The notes: generated by a model from the letters alone, not told the origin. DNA of 64,000 nucleotides from Pontiella sp. (GCA_050290185.1 JBNKHE010000005.1:160001-224000), one strand, 5' to 3'; counted from the stretch's first letter, positions 1 to 10,329 are shown. Numbers and translations are program-made.

Positions 1-56
1 ATCTTTCCTGCTTATCGAAAAAGGTCACGACTCATAAATCACACATCACGAAAAAC

Positions 57-416
57 ATGGCAAAAAACGTTTTAGGAACAGCATTGATTACTTGCAGCGA
101 GGATCCGATGACCGGGTTCTTCCGCAATGGAAAGTGCGATACTCGCGCAGAGGATCAGGGCATGCACACCATATGCGTCCTCATGACGGACGAGTTTCTG
201 GAGTTTTCGCGTGAGCAAGGAAATGATCTTTCCACGCCCATTCCAGAATTTGGTTTTCCCGGACTATCAGGTGGCGACTATTGGTGCCTCTGCCTGTCCC
301 GCTGGATTCAAGCCTATGAAAAAGGAATGGCGCCTAAGGTAAAGTTGGAATCCACCCACGCCTCCGTCCTTGAATTCATTGAGTTGCACCGGTTGCAGGA
401 ATACGCCGTCCGTTGA
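57..416 (+). CDS. DUF2237 family protein
   Basis: NVLG..L..CS.DPMTGFFRNG.C, 'GD.WCLC..RW' and 'AP.V.L..TH' motifs typical of DUF2237. Confidence 0.9.
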   Translation: MAKNVLGTALITCSEDPMTGFFRNGKCDTRAEDQGMHTICVLMTDEFLEFSREQGNDLSTPIPEFGFPGLSGGDYWCLCLSRWIQAYEKGMAPKVKLESTHASVLEFIELHRLQEYAVR

Positions 417-530
417 TTGCCTTTTTGAGTGCGGCGGAAATCGAAGGGCCACGCCGCTTTCTAAACGGAAGGCCGATGCCGAGAAAATCGGTGTCGCACG
501 GCGTTTGCCGCCGCAGTCCAAATTTTATTT

Positions 531-2294
531 TTAAAACAACCCGGTTACCTTGCCCGTTTCCACATCCACATCGATGCGGCGGAAGCCGGGATTCGAGCCG
601 GTTCCAGGCATCAGTTTAATGTCTCCGGCCACAGGCACGACAAATCCGGCTCCCTTGTAGATCAATACATCACGAATCGGCAAACGCCATCCTTTCGGAG
701 CGCCTTTAAAGTCCGGATCGTGCGAGAGGCTCAGATGCGTCTTGACCATACAGATGCCCATGCGGGCCGCCTCGGGGTCGCCTTGGTACTGCGCGATCTT
801 TCTTTCAGCTTCGGGGGACCAATCGACGCCGCTGGCGCCATAAAGCTCATCGGCAATTAGCGAAACCCGTTGCTTGAGCGGAAGGTCCAGATCGTAGAGG
901 TAGTCGAACTGATTTTCCTCTTCACAGGCCTCCACAACGGCTTCGGCCAATTCGATCGCCCCTTCGCCGCCTTTTAACCAGTGCTCGGAAACCGCACATC
1001 GCGCACCCTGCTCTTCGGAAATGCGACGGATCAGATCATGTTCGGCATCGGTATCGGTATGGAATCCGTTAATGCAGACGACAGGAATGGAACCACTGCG
1101 TTGAACGGTGCGGATGTGGGCAACGAGGTTACTGCATCCCTTTTCCAGCAGGCCGAGATTTTCTTCAAGATAGGCGGGATCGAGCGGCTTGCCCGGTTTG
1201 ACGATTGGGCCACCTCCGTGCATCTTGAGCGCGCGCACGGTGGCCACGATCACGACGGCGTCGGGTTTGAGACCCGAACAGCGGCATTTAAGGTTCCAGA
1301 ATTTTTCGAACCCGATATCCGCGCCGAAGCCGCTTTCGGTGACGAGATAGTCGCCCATGCGGACGCCAAGCAGGTCGGCGATGACCGAACTTTGGCCGAT
1401 GGCGATATTGGCAAACGGACCGGCGTGTACAAGGACAGGATTTCCTTCAATGGTCTGCACCAGATTCGGATTGATCGCTTCGAGCATGAGTGCCGTCATG
1501 GCGCCGTCTACCTCAAGATCGGCAGTCGTCACTTCGTCTCCGTTGCGACTGTAGGCCACCACCATTTTCCCAATGCGTTCGCGCATATCTTTCAAACTGT
1601 TGGAAACCGCCAGAATGGCCATTAGCTCGCTGGAAACGGAAATCTGGAAGCCGGAGTCCATCTCGTAGCCATCCATCTTCCCGCCTTTTCCAATGGTAAT
1701 GTTGCGCAGCGACTGAGCACAAAAATCAATGCTCCATTTGATTTGAACGCGTTCCGGATCAATGTCCAAACGTTTGATCCCAATGGAGTCGAGCCGCTCG
1801 TCGTCATAGTTGTTTTCGTGCTGCATACGGGCTGTCAGGGCCACCATGCAGAGGTTATGCGCATTAGTAATGGCATCGATATCCCCGGTCAATCCGAGCG
1901 AAAATGGAGCAAGCGGTATACATTGGGCCAGGCCGCCACCGGCGGCAGAACCCTTGATATTGAAGGTCGGCCCACCGCTGGGCTGACGGATAGCGCCGAC
2001 CGGTTTTTTGCCGATTCTGCCCAGTCCCTCGACAAGTCCCATGGTGGTGGTCGTCTTCCCTTCGCCTAGCGGGGTGGGGGTTATCGCGGTGACATCGACA
2101 TACTTCCCAACGGGCAGATCCTTCACGCGCTGCCAGGTTTTGGTGTAGTCGATTTTGGCGACATTTCGTCCACGCGGGATCAGTTCTCCGGGCATTAAAC
2201 CGAGCTTTTCGGCAATCTGTTCGATGGGAAGAATATTCTGTTCGGCGGCTTCGGCAATCTGCCAGTCCGCCATCTGGGTTGGATCAAGATTCAT
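531..2294 (-). CDS. fhs: Formate--tetrahydrofolate ligase
   Basis: [44 protein letters not shown] and C-terminal MPG motifs; 587 aa. Confidence 0.97.
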   Translation of the reverse strand: MNLDPTQMADWQIAEAAEQNILPIEQIAEKLGLMPGELIPRGRNVAKIDYTKTWQRVKDLPVGKYVDVTAITPTPLGEGKTTTTMGLVEGLGRIGKKPVGAIRQPSGGPTFNIKGSAAGGGLAQCIPLAPFSLGLTGDIDAITNAHNLCMVALTARMQHENNYDDERLDSIGIKRLDIDPERVQIKWSIDFCAQSLRNITIGKGGKMDGYEMDSGFQISVSSELMAILAVSNSLKDMRERIGKMVVAYSRNGDEVTTADLEVDGAMTALMLEAINPNLVQTIEGNPVLVHAGPFANIAIGQSSVIADLLGVRMGDYLVTESGFGADIGFEKFWNLKCRCSGLKPDAVVIVATVRALKMHGGGPIVKPGKPLDPAYLEENLGLLEKGCSNLVAHIRTVQRSGSIPVVCINGFHTDTDAEHDLIRRISEEQGARCAVSEHWLKGGEGAIELAEAVVEACEEENQFDYLYDLDLPLKQRVSLIADELYGASGVDWSPEAERKIAQYQGDPEAARMGICMVKTHLSLSHDPDFKGAPKGWRLPIRDVLIYKGAGFVVPVAGDIKLMPGTGSNPGFRRIDVDVETGKVTGLF

Positions 2295-2426
2295 ACGGTC
2301 ATGCCCTTATGTTTATACATGGTAATATACCTTTCAAATCTACAGCCGAATGGCTGATTAACCAACGAAAATCATGTCCATGAAACTCTTCCAGAAAATG
2401 GAGATCCAGCGGGCGAGTCTCATCTA

Positions 2427-2452
2427 CAAAAAAAAGTGCGGCGAACCGCACC
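2427..2452 (-). terminator. Intrinsic terminator-like hairpin between the radical SAM fusion gene and fhs
   Basis: Minus strand GTGCGG-TTCG-CCGCAC followed by a T-run. Confidence 0.55.
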
Positions 2453-2724
2453 TTGTACTTGCCCCGGGGAGGCTTTAATTTCGATTTAGTAGTTGATGAT
2501 TGCCGGCGCGAGACTCGCGGAATGGAGGCTGCCGCGCAATCCGTCCACAACACTGAATCGACTGATTTCAACTAGGTGGCCCAGATGGGGCCGAGTTCGG
2601 GGAATCGGCAGGGAATAGCGTTAGTCGTGGATACGTAGAGGGAGAAAAGATCGATTCAGCTTTTCATGCGTCCTCATTTGTAAGGATCGTAGAAATCGGC
2701 AAAAAACCGAAAAGAATTAATTCA

Positions 2725-4548
2725 TCAAAAGGAGTTCTGCTTATGTTCAAGGATCCGTTCCTGCCGATCGCGCAGTATTTCCTTGTTGGTCCAGACGCCG
2801 TAGGGATCGCAATAGGGCAGGCCGCGCGTGGTTTCGCGGATCGTTTTCAGTTCATCATCGGGTAGGGGAATTTCGATGTCTTCCGCCCGCATAGCTGCAA
2901 TTGTTCCGCCACGTTGCCGGCCAACCGGCGTGGTTTCTCCCACGAAAAAGCCGGCTTCCAGCAATCCCGCCCGCACCGGGATTGCGGCGCAATAGGTCAG
3001 CAACACGGCATCGGGTTTCATCACGCATTTTAGTTTGCGGAAAAAATCCACGGTCCAAAGTTCACTGTTGCGCTGGGTGGAAAAGGCGTCGAGGAAGACG
3101 AGGTCGAAATTGGACGTGGCTAGTTTGGTGATGGTGTGGCGCGCATCGCCCCAGTGAAGCATTGCCGATTGCCGATTGCTGATTTCCGATTGGCCATACA
3201 GATAAAGTTCTTCAAGAAACCGTTTCCAGTCGAAGGTGTCGGTTTTCAGCGTTTGGATGTTTTTAGCAGCGGCTCCCACCACGCGCCGATCCATTTCGAG
3301 AGCGGTGATTGATAGTCCTGGAGGGACGACGTCCTCGTCGTCCGCGGACAGCGGGGACGTTGTCGCTCCGGTTTTTCTCCCTCCAACCGCAAGGTTCATC
3401 GCGCAAAGGCTGTTGTAGCCCAATCCGAAACAGACATCCAGCAACTGGACATCGCCTTGCGCCAACCGCTCCTTGAGCTGGCTCGGCACGATATATTTTT
3501 CCTCTGCCTCCATTCGCGCGCCGGCCGGCGTGTGGTAGTGCTCCTTGTACTCCTCGTTCCAGAAGGTCACAGAGCCATCTTCGGTTTCGACGGATTTGAG
3601 CGATGTGCAAGGCCGGCAAGATGCCGGCGATACGTTCCGCAGGCTTCCAGCCTGTAAATCCCCTTGCCGCCATTCCCTGCAGATCATCTGCTGGATGACA
3701 TAGTCCTTGAACTGTCCCTTGGCCATGTGCCATTTCGGGGCGATGAGTTCTTCGTCGAGGGTGTCGGTCGTGAGCCGCATGATCGGAATGTGAGGCGGCA
3801 TCCGGCGGATGAAATCTATCAGGTGTTCGGCGAAATCGTATTCCATCAGAACAGGCAGGGGCGATAGCGCATGTTCCAGCGCCAACGTGGTTCCTTTTTC
3901 AATATGGAGATTGTGAATCTTGACCGCGTCGATCGGTAGCGCGGCCAACGTGACGGCCGTTTTTTGGAAATCCTCCGCAGTTTCCCCCGGCAGACCGAGG
4001 ATGGCGTGGACGGCGACTTTGATTCCTAGTTCATGTAGTTTCTGGATCGCTAGTTCGCTCGAAGCCCAATCGTGGCCGCGATTGACGCGTTCCAAGGTTT
4101 TGTCGTGTACGGTCTGGACGCCCAGCTCGACCCACACCTCGATATGCTTGTTGAGCTCGACGAGAAAATCGTATGCCTGCGGCGTAAGGCAATCGGGGCG
4201 CGTGCCGATGCTCACGGCAGTGAAGTCGAACGCATCGAGCAGGTCGAGATACATGGGTTGCTGGCTCTCGCCGAACGTGGCTGAAAACGCCTGGATGTAG
4301 GCCATGAATTTTTTCGCGCCGTAGCGCTCGCGCGCAAAGCGAATCGCTTCGGCCATTTGTTCCTCAACGGTGTTCTTTCCGATGGTTTGCACCGCCGCCG
4401 ACCCGCGTACATTGCAGAAGGTGCAACCGCCGGAACCATCGAGTTCCCGGTTGGGACAGCCTAGGTTGAAATCGATTGGAACGCGAAAGAGCGGCTCGCC
4501 GTAACGCTCTCGCATGAATTCTTTGTATTGGAGGTAAGGGGATTGCAT
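2725..4548 (-). CDS. Fusion of a TIGR01212 (YhcC/YtqA-MnmL-like) radical SAM domain and an MnmC-type tRNA (mnm5s2U34) methyltransferase domain
   Basis: N-half CPNR.....GGCTFC, IGTRPD, ELGVQT, NRGH, VKIHNL; C-half HYHT..GA..EA, DVCFGLGYN, VFLDAFS...N.ELWT, LTYCAA..VR..L..AGF. Start placed at MQSPY (4548). Confidence 0.88.
   Translation of the reverse strand: MQSPYLQYKEFMRERYGEPLFRVPIDFNLGCPNRELDGSGGCTFCNVRGSAAVQTIGKNTVEEQMAEAIRFARERYGAKKFMAYIQAFSATFGESQQPMYLDLLDAFDFTAVSIGTRPDCLTPQAYDFLVELNKHIEVWVELGVQTVHDKTLERVNRGHDWASSELAIQKLHELGIKVAVHAILGLPGETAEDFQKTAVTLAALPIDAVKIHNLHIEKGTTLALEHALSPLPVLMEYDFAEHLIDFIRRMPPHIPIMRLTTDTLDEELIAPKWHMAKGQFKDYVIQQMICREWRQGDLQAGSLRNVSPASCRPCTSLKSVETEDGSVTFWNEEYKEHYHTPAGARMEAEEKYIVPSQLKERLAQGDVQLLDVCFGLGYNSLCAMNLAVGGRKTGATTSPLSADDEDVVPPGLSITALEMDRRVVGAAAKNIQTLKTDTFDWKRFLEELYLYGQSEISNRQSAMLHWGDARHTITKLATSNFDLVFLDAFSTQRNSELWTVDFFRKLKCVMKPDAVLLTYCAAIPVRAGLLEAGFFVGETTPVGRQRGGTIAAMRAEDIEIPLPDDELKTIRETTRGLPYCDPYGVWTNKEILRDRQERILEHKQNSF
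3161..3195. repeat. Degenerate heptamer tandem repeat (ATTGCCG-like x5), in frame within the fusion gene
   Basis: attgccg attgccg attgctg atttccg attggcc; encodes GQSEISNRQSAM. Confidence 0.65.
3320..3369. repeat. Inverted pair of REP-like palindromes, in frame within the fusion gene
   Basis: GGAG-GGACGACG-TCCT-CGTCGTCC (perfect 8-bp stem) followed by an inverted copy reading GGAG-CGACAACG-TCCC-CGCTGTCC on the minus strand. Confidence 0.7.
3612..3654. repeat. Two back-to-back GTAG-type REP-like palindromes at the fusion linker
   Basis: GCCGGCA-AGA-TGCCGGC-GATAC abutting GTTCCG-CAGGCT-TCC-AGCCTG; encodes QAGSLRNVSPASCRP. Confidence 0.7.
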
Positions 4549-4579
4549 GGCGGGAATGTGCCGTAGTCCGTCGCACCGA

Positions 4580-6601
4580 TCAATTCCCAATAACCGCCGA
4601 AAAGCAAATCCGGCCATCGTCGGTTTCACGGGCCGTGACGCTGAGTTCTAGGTTTGGACTAAGCTGTCGGGCCCACCCCTCATCGCGGGCCGTCCATCGT
4701 CCGTTTTCCAGTTGACCCGGACGGGCCGTCCACGATTTCCCAAACTCCCGCTGGTTCGTCATGGACAGTCTCCAATGCGCCCTGGGATCATCGGCAGAAA
4801 AACCAGTGGTTGGCCCTGATGTTGCCTCCTCGAAGACCCTGAACACGCACGTGCGAAGCGAATTTCCGGAATCAGCTTCGCGGTCGTCTCCCCCATACTC
4901 GTAAAAGCCGAAGGACTCGTTGAGAGCGACTGTGCACGTGATATTGGTGGATTGAAGGGCGATGGGAATCAAGCCGATCGACTGCAGCACCGAGTCCGTG
5001 AGTGGTAGATCTTCCAACTTGTCTACACCCAGATCCTTCCCGAGTTTGTTCAAATTCTGCTGATTATCGTTTGGGTTCTGCAACAGGCGGTCCATGGCCA
5101 CGGCCCGGGCCAGCATATCAATGGCCCGCACTTGGTCATCTCTGCTTTTCCAGATCCGTGCCATTTCCATACAGGCTCTGACCGAGCATGGCTTGGCCTC
5201 GATCAAGTGGTTTTCGTATCGTTTTCGGAAGTCGTCGGTGTTTGGCCGGTTAAGGTATTGTTGCGAAAACGCCAACAGCAGTTCGACCGCTGTGGATTTA
5301 GTATTCAGCAGCGACTCGGCGGCCTGCAGAATTTCATCCTCGTTGAATGGCCGGAAATAGCAGGCCGTCATGACATCCGATTCCTTCCGTTCATACATGC
5401 CGGTGCTGGGTGGCTTGGTCTGGCGTATTAGCAGCAGATGTTCTCCATCATGGTTGAGTTCCAACGGGGTGGGGTAGCTGGAATCGAGATAGTCGTCGCT
5501 CCCGTTCCAACCTTCTTTTTCAAGGGCATTTTGAACGGCCTGCATGGCTTCATGCATGGGGCGCTCGTCGCGGTAGCTCCAGATCGTCATGTTATGGAAC
5601 AGGAAGCCGCATCCGCTTAGCTTGCTGATCACTTCCCGGTTCGCCTCAAAGGGCATCGTCGGCGCCGGTGAATAATTACCGTAGAATGCGTCGGGCATGC
5701 GTGGAAGAAGGCCGTTTTCATCGGCGGTTTGCGTGAGTGGTTTCAAGAGCTGATCACAGATGCTTTTACCGATGGCCTTGGCTTCGTCATCATGCACGGC
5801 CGATCCGGATTCGATGCCGGAGATCACACCTTTGTAGTTCACCGTGATGTTCTGGCTCAAGTCGACGAGCGGAATGTGGAAATTGTACGGAAAGTCCAGA
5901 TGATCGACCCCGCCGAATGCATTGCCGGAACAGGTGATGACGGCTTCCACGGCCCGGCCCGCCGGTCGTATGGATTGAGCATATGAAGGCATGTCGAGCC
6001 GCAGGTAATAGGAGGGAAGCAGGGCGCCGGGTTCGGGCGCAGAGCCCGCTGGATAGTACACCACTTCATCCACCATGGGCAGTCCGATCAGGGCCTGCTG
6101 GAGGAGATGCGCCGTTTTGATCATGAGGGGGTGGTCGCTGTCGTTCAGAATCGCGATGCGGCGGATATCCAACAATGCATTGGCCGGCACCGCCTTGCTG
6201 CTGGTTGCCGACGTATTGATCTGCGATTCACACGTGGTGGTCTTGAAGCCGGTCGGGCTTTGCTGCACAGGATCGCCTTTTCTGGCGGTAACGATATGGT
6301 CCGATGGTTTGGTTAGATGCAGTTCAAGAAACGTCACGATGACGGCGGACATGCCGAATACGATAATGCGGGAGCGAATCAGGTGTTTAGGTTTGTGTCC
6401 GGTCGGGCGAAGGAATACCCCAAACACGACATAGAGCAGTGTCATGAGCGGGTTGAACAGCAGGAAGGTCAGCCCCCACCACACCTTGGTCCCAAAATGG
6501 TTGTTCAGCACGGGGTAGAACGCCTTGCAACGGACCCAGTGAACAAGCAGGGCTATCCAGATCAGCAGGTAGGCTCCTCCGAGAAGTTTAATGAATGACA
6601 T
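4580..6601 (-). CDS. Hypothetical membrane-anchored protein (paralog of the upstream gene)
   Basis: Long ORF with about 3 N-terminal hydrophobic segments; shares RRIAILN.S..PL..KTA..LQQ.L...P.VDEV.YYPAG with 6641-8635. Confidence 0.75.
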   Translation of the reverse strand: MSFIKLLGGAYLLIWIALLVHWVRCKAFYPVLNNHFGTKVWWGLTFLLFNPLMTLLYVVFGVFLRPTGHKPKHLIRSRIIVFGMSAVIVTFLELHLTKPSDHIVTARKGDPVQQSPTGFKTTTCESQINTSATSSKAVPANALLDIRRIAILNDSDHPLMIKTAHLLQQALIGLPMVDEVVYYPAGSAPEPGALLPSYYLRLDMPSYAQSIRPAGRAVEAVITCSGNAFGGVDHLDFPYNFHIPLVDLSQNITVNYKGVISGIESGSAVHDDEAKAIGKSICDQLLKPLTQTADENGLLPRMPDAFYGNYSPAPTMPFEANREVISKLSGCGFLFHNMTIWSYRDERPMHEAMQAVQNALEKEGWNGSDDYLDSSYPTPLELNHDGEHLLLIRQTKPPSTGMYERKESDVMTACYFRPFNEDEILQAAESLLNTKSTAVELLLAFSQQYLNRPNTDDFRKRYENHLIEAKPCSVRACMEMARIWKSRDDQVRAIDMLARAVAMDRLLQNPNDNQQNLNKLGKDLGVDKLEDLPLTDSVLQSIGLIPIALQSTNITCTVALNESFGFYEYGGDDREADSGNSLRTCVFRVFEEATSGPTTGFSADDPRAHWRLSMTNQREFGKSWTARPGQLENGRWTARDEGWARQLSPNLELSVTARETDDGRICFSAVIGN

Positions 6602-6640
6602 GAGACTTTTCCTGTTTTGCGAACAGATCGCTGGATGCAC

Positions 6641-8635
6641 TTACAATTTCAACAGGTCGGGGATCGTCGGGACCTGTCTTTTCAAGGGAGTTACCGTAAA
6701 CTCAAATTTCTCGGTGCCGACCTGGGTTACCTCAACCTGGATGCGATCCAGTGGTTCGGGCACTTGTTCGCTGATGGCAGCATGCCATAGCCCCTTACTC
6801 GTTTGGCCTTCGGTAAAAGACCAGGAATGCATACCGATGGAATTATTTCCGTTGTATACCAGCGCCCAGTAATTATTCGGTAATGTTTTCCACCCCAGGA
6901 CCGGTGTAATTTTGAAGGGATCCTGAACAATTTTAAAAACATAGGTGCGTAGGCTGGCTCCCTTATCGACTCGATCATCGACATGATCTTGAAACAGATA
7001 GAAGCCCACGGGTTCTTCCGCCGAGACGGTCAGTGTCAGGTTAGTGGTTATCCTGGCCAGCGGGATCAAACCGTATTGCTGGATCATTTTTTCTGTCGGC
7101 AGCGCGTCGGCAAGTTCGGGGACGCCCAGATCCTCGGCCAACCTCCTCAGTTCGATGCGGGAACTTCCATCCTGTCTCAGGCTGAGGCCGCCGACGGCAG
7201 AGGTCAGTTCCTCGCTCGCTTTGTCTTTTTCCCCCTGGCTTGCCCAGAAACGGGCCAGTTCGAGGTGACCCTGCATGGATTTCGGCTCCTCCGACGCTAT
7301 CCGTTCCCTGAACTGTCCCATGATATCAGTCGATTGCGTTTCCCTGAACTGTCGCCCAAAGAACAACAGGGTGTACAACGGGTAGTCTGCATTCAGCAAC
7401 CCGGCGAGAACTGCATCCGTCTCTTCTGCCGAAAAGGGATTGCGGTAACGGGCGATCATGGGGAGGTAGGAGCCTTTTTTAAGCGGGTTGTCGGATCGAT
7501 AAACCCGCAGTTCCTCCTGCCCGCGGTGCATGCGAAGAAAGGTATCCCTGTCGGAATCGTCCACCCATCCGTCCTCCTCAAGCGCTTTCCGATAGAGGGC
7601 CAGGGCATCATCCGTTGATCGCACCTCCTCGACCCACCAGGTGGTGTGGTTGTGTGTGAGCAGGTCGGTACCGCTGATCATTTCCCGGATGGTGTCGTCG
7701 TCAAACGGCATGGGCGGAGTAGGCGTGCAGGTGCCTAGGGCGTTGTCCGGGACCGGTGGCTGGGGGAGACTGGCATACCAGGTTGTGCCAATCATCGATT
7801 TGAGATGGACGAACAAGGTTTTCACGATGTCCTCGGCCGCCGTCGAATATTTGGCCGCATATGATTCGTAGCCGAGCGTGGTGGATTCATGGTTGATGCT
7901 GATGGCCGTATCTTGTTTTCCCATAGGAAGAGGTAGCCAGGGGGCAGCAAGAGCTTGCGCAGCCTTGATCTTGAAATCCACCTTGGCACTGGTCATGTGC
8001 ATCATCGGAAGCACCGGGGCGCTGACACGCTCAACGTCCATGATAATGTAGATTCCGGGAAGGCGCGCGCCATCACGGGGGCTAGTTCCGGCGGGATAGT
8101 ACGATACCTCATCGACGGCAGGGGACTTCAATAGATACTGCTGAAGAATCTGAGCGGTTTTGACCGCGAGCGGATCCCTGCTTTTATTGAGGATCGCGAT
8201 ACGGCGCGCATCCAGAAAGGTAATGTTTTCAAAGCCGAATCCGCCGCTTACGGTGGTCGCATTGGAGGAGATCCGTATCGTTGCCTTGGATGACAGGTCG
8301 TATGCCTTGCGGGGGGTATCACTGACGACGATGCGGGGTTTGTCGGGAAGCCTGCCGATAGGCAGGGCCAGCAGAAGCGAAAGCCCAAAAAAAGGAAACA
8401 CGATTACCCGGGAACGTTTAAGATGCCGTGGTGGAGTTTCGCTCGGGCGCATTTTAACGCCATAGATAAAATAGAGCAGGGCCATTGCTGGATTCAGTGT
8501 CAGCAAGCCCACGCCCCAGAAGATCTTGGTGCGCCAACCCTTCCCCGCAATCGGATAAAACTCGGTTTTACCCATCCAGTGAATCAAAAGCCCAAGCCAC
8601 ACGAGAGCCGGGATTACGCCCATCACCAAGCCCAT
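6641..8635 (-). CDS. Hypothetical membrane-anchored protein (paralog of the downstream gene)
   Basis: Same architecture as 4580-6601; G-rich RBS upstream of MGLVMG. Confidence 0.75.
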   Translation of the reverse strand: MGLVMGVIPALVWLGLLIHWMGKTEFYPIAGKGWRTKIFWGVGLLTLNPAMALLYFIYGVKMRPSETPPRHLKRSRVIVFPFFGLSLLLALPIGRLPDKPRIVVSDTPRKAYDLSSKATIRISSNATTVSGGFGFENITFLDARRIAILNKSRDPLAVKTAQILQQYLLKSPAVDEVSYYPAGTSPRDGARLPGIYIIMDVERVSAPVLPMMHMTSAKVDFKIKAAQALAAPWLPLPMGKQDTAISINHESTTLGYESYAAKYSTAAEDIVKTLFVHLKSMIGTTWYASLPQPPVPDNALGTCTPTPPMPFDDDTIREMISGTDLLTHNHTTWWVEEVRSTDDALALYRKALEEDGWVDDSDRDTFLRMHRGQEELRVYRSDNPLKKGSYLPMIARYRNPFSAEETDAVLAGLLNADYPLYTLLFFGRQFRETQSTDIMGQFRERIASEEPKSMQGHLELARFWASQGEKDKASEELTSAVGGLSLRQDGSSRIELRRLAEDLGVPELADALPTEKMIQQYGLIPLARITTNLTLTVSAEEPVGFYLFQDHVDDRVDKGASLRTYVFKIVQDPFKITPVLGWKTLPNNYWALVYNGNNSIGMHSWSFTEGQTSKGLWHAAISEQVPEPLDRIQVEVTQVGTEKFEFTVTPLKRQVPTIPDLLKL

Positions 8636-8696
8636 AACACATCCCCCTTTCAATAAAGTTTAAAGGGTATGTTTAAATCAGCGAGGTGGCAAGCGG

Positions 8697-10025
8697 TTAC
8701 CAAGAATTGCGGTCGAATAATAGGCGCTGGCCGCGGATGGCATCGTTGATCTGTCCGTTTTGATAGGCAAGCTGGCCATTGACGAGGGTGGCTGCAATGG
8801 AGGTTTTGAAGGTGACACCTTCGAAGGGCGACCAGCCGCATTTATATTCGATGTTCTCTTTGGTGACCGTGGACGGGGTTTCCGTGTCTATCAGCACGAG
8901 GTCGGCCCAATAGCCCTCTCGGATAAAGCCACGGTCCAGACATTGGAAAATCCGGGCCGGATTATGTGCCGTCTTTTCGGCGACCATTTCCAACGGGAAG
9001 AATTCCAGTGCGGTGGTCATGGCGCTTTGGATCAGGGGAAGACCGGAAGGTGCCGAGCCGTAGGGGTTTTGCTTTTCTTCCCATAGATGCGGCGCATGGT
9101 CGGTTCCGATGGTGTCGATGACTCCATCGATGACGGCTTGACGGAGTGCGGTGCGGTCGGCTGGCGTTTTAATGGATGGGTTGCATTTGATGAGCGCGCC
9201 TTTTTCTTCGTAGTCGTCCGAAGAAAACCAGAGCATGTGCGGGCAGGCTTCGGCCGTGATTTTTTTTCCGGTAACCGGGCCCGCTTTAAAGAACTCGAGC
9301 TCCTTGGCGGTCGTCAGGTGCAGCACGTGAATCTGCGAGTTGTATTTGGTGGCCAGTTCAACGGCAAGAGCGGTGGAGCGGTAGCACGCTTCTTCGGAGC
9401 GGATTTTCCAGTGCTCGGAGAAGGGGATGTTCTCGCCATATTTTGCGCGGGCGGCTTTTTCGTTTTCGCGGATGGTATTGGTGTCTTCGCAGTGCAGGGA
9501 AATGGGCACTTTGATCTGTCCGAAAATGTTCTCCAACTGCTCGGTGCGGTCGACCAGCAGTCCGCCGGTGGAAGCTCCCATGAACAGCTTGACGCCACAG
9601 ACGGTTTTCGGGTCCATCGCAAGCAGTTCGTCGATATTGTTGTTGGAGGCGCCGAGATGGAAGGAATAGTTCGTGATGCATTTTGTGGCGGCAAGCGCAA
9701 ATTTATCTTCAAGCACGGCGTTTGTGATGGCCGCCGGCTTGGTGTTGGGCATTTCCATGATGGACGTGACGCCGCCTGCCGCGGCGGCCCGGCTTTCGGA
9801 ATGCATGTCTGCCTTGATTTCCAGGCCGGGCTCGCGGAAATGGACGTGGCAGTCGATCATCCCTGGCAACAAAGCCTTTCCGGCGGCGTCGATGACCGTA
9901 TCGGCGGACTGGTTCGTCAGGCCGGGGGCGATTTTCTCAATCCGTCCGTTCTTGATGAAAACGTCGGCGTCGGAGGTTTTGCCCTCGTTTACAAGCTTGG
10001 CGTTGGTAATCAGTGTCGTTTGCAT
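8697..10025 (-). CDS. pyrC: Dihydroorotase
   Basis: PGMIDCHVHFREPG, EMPNT, KLFMGASTG, KCNPSIK, TDHAPH. Confidence 0.93.
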   Translation of the reverse strand: MQTTLITNAKLVNEGKTSDADVFIKNGRIEKIAPGLTNQSADTVIDAAGKALLPGMIDCHVHFREPGLEIKADMHSESRAAAAGGVTSIMEMPNTKPAAITNAVLEDKFALAATKCITNYSFHLGASNNNIDELLAMDPKTVCGVKLFMGASTGGLLVDRTEQLENIFGQIKVPISLHCEDTNTIRENEKAARAKYGENIPFSEHWKIRSEEACYRSTALAVELATKYNSQIHVLHLTTAKELEFFKAGPVTGKKITAEACPHMLWFSSDDYEEKGALIKCNPSIKTPADRTALRQAVIDGVIDTIGTDHAPHLWEEKQNPYGSAPSGLPLIQSAMTTALEFFPLEMVAEKTAHNPARIFQCLDRGFIREGYWADLVLIDTETPSTVTKENIEYKCGWSPFEGVTFKTSIAATLVNGQLAYQNGQINDAIRGQRLLFDRNSW

Positions 10026-10086
10026 GCGGGGCAAGATAGTGGAGCAGCGAATGCAGGAAAAGCAACGATTACGGATTATTGCAAGG

Positions 10087-10329
10087 TTAGCTGATTATCA
10101 GCAATACCAGCCAGGGCACGAACACGAATACGATGAATACAATCTTGTAGACCCCGAGAAAACCGTAGAGCGTGGCTTTGATCGCATCTGGAGACAACCC
10201 GAACAGCTTGCCATGCACCCGTACGATAAAATCCTTAAGCACTATGCACATGACCGCCGAGAATATAAGCATCCCCAGATTGATCACCGTCATCCACATG
10301 AAGAAATCCTTAAGCAGTAAAACATTCAT
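10087..10329 (-). CDS. Small membrane protein, DUF6868-like
   Basis: 'FFMWMTVIN.G.L', 'H.KLF.L', 'YKI.FIVF..VPW.VL'; GGAGG RBS. Confidence 0.65.
   Translation of the reverse strand: MNVLLLKDFFMWMTVINLGMLIFSAVMCIVLKDFIVRVHGKLFGLSPDAIKATLYGFLGVYKIVFIVFVFVPWLVLLIIS

Noticed and set aside
2295..2724. Possible ZTP (pfl) or THF riboswitch in the long fhs leader, which contains a terminator
   Set aside because: Could not find the conserved GACTGGCG / CGCCTGGGC elements; only a weak GCCTCCCCGGGGCAA resemblance. An Infernal/Rfam scan would settle it
9087..10094. Long antisense ORFs (also 13312-14400, 23568-24410, 34313-35545, 37170-38072, 44852-45850, 55637-56602)
   Set aside because: Shadows of recognised genes on the opposite strand, with no motifs of their own
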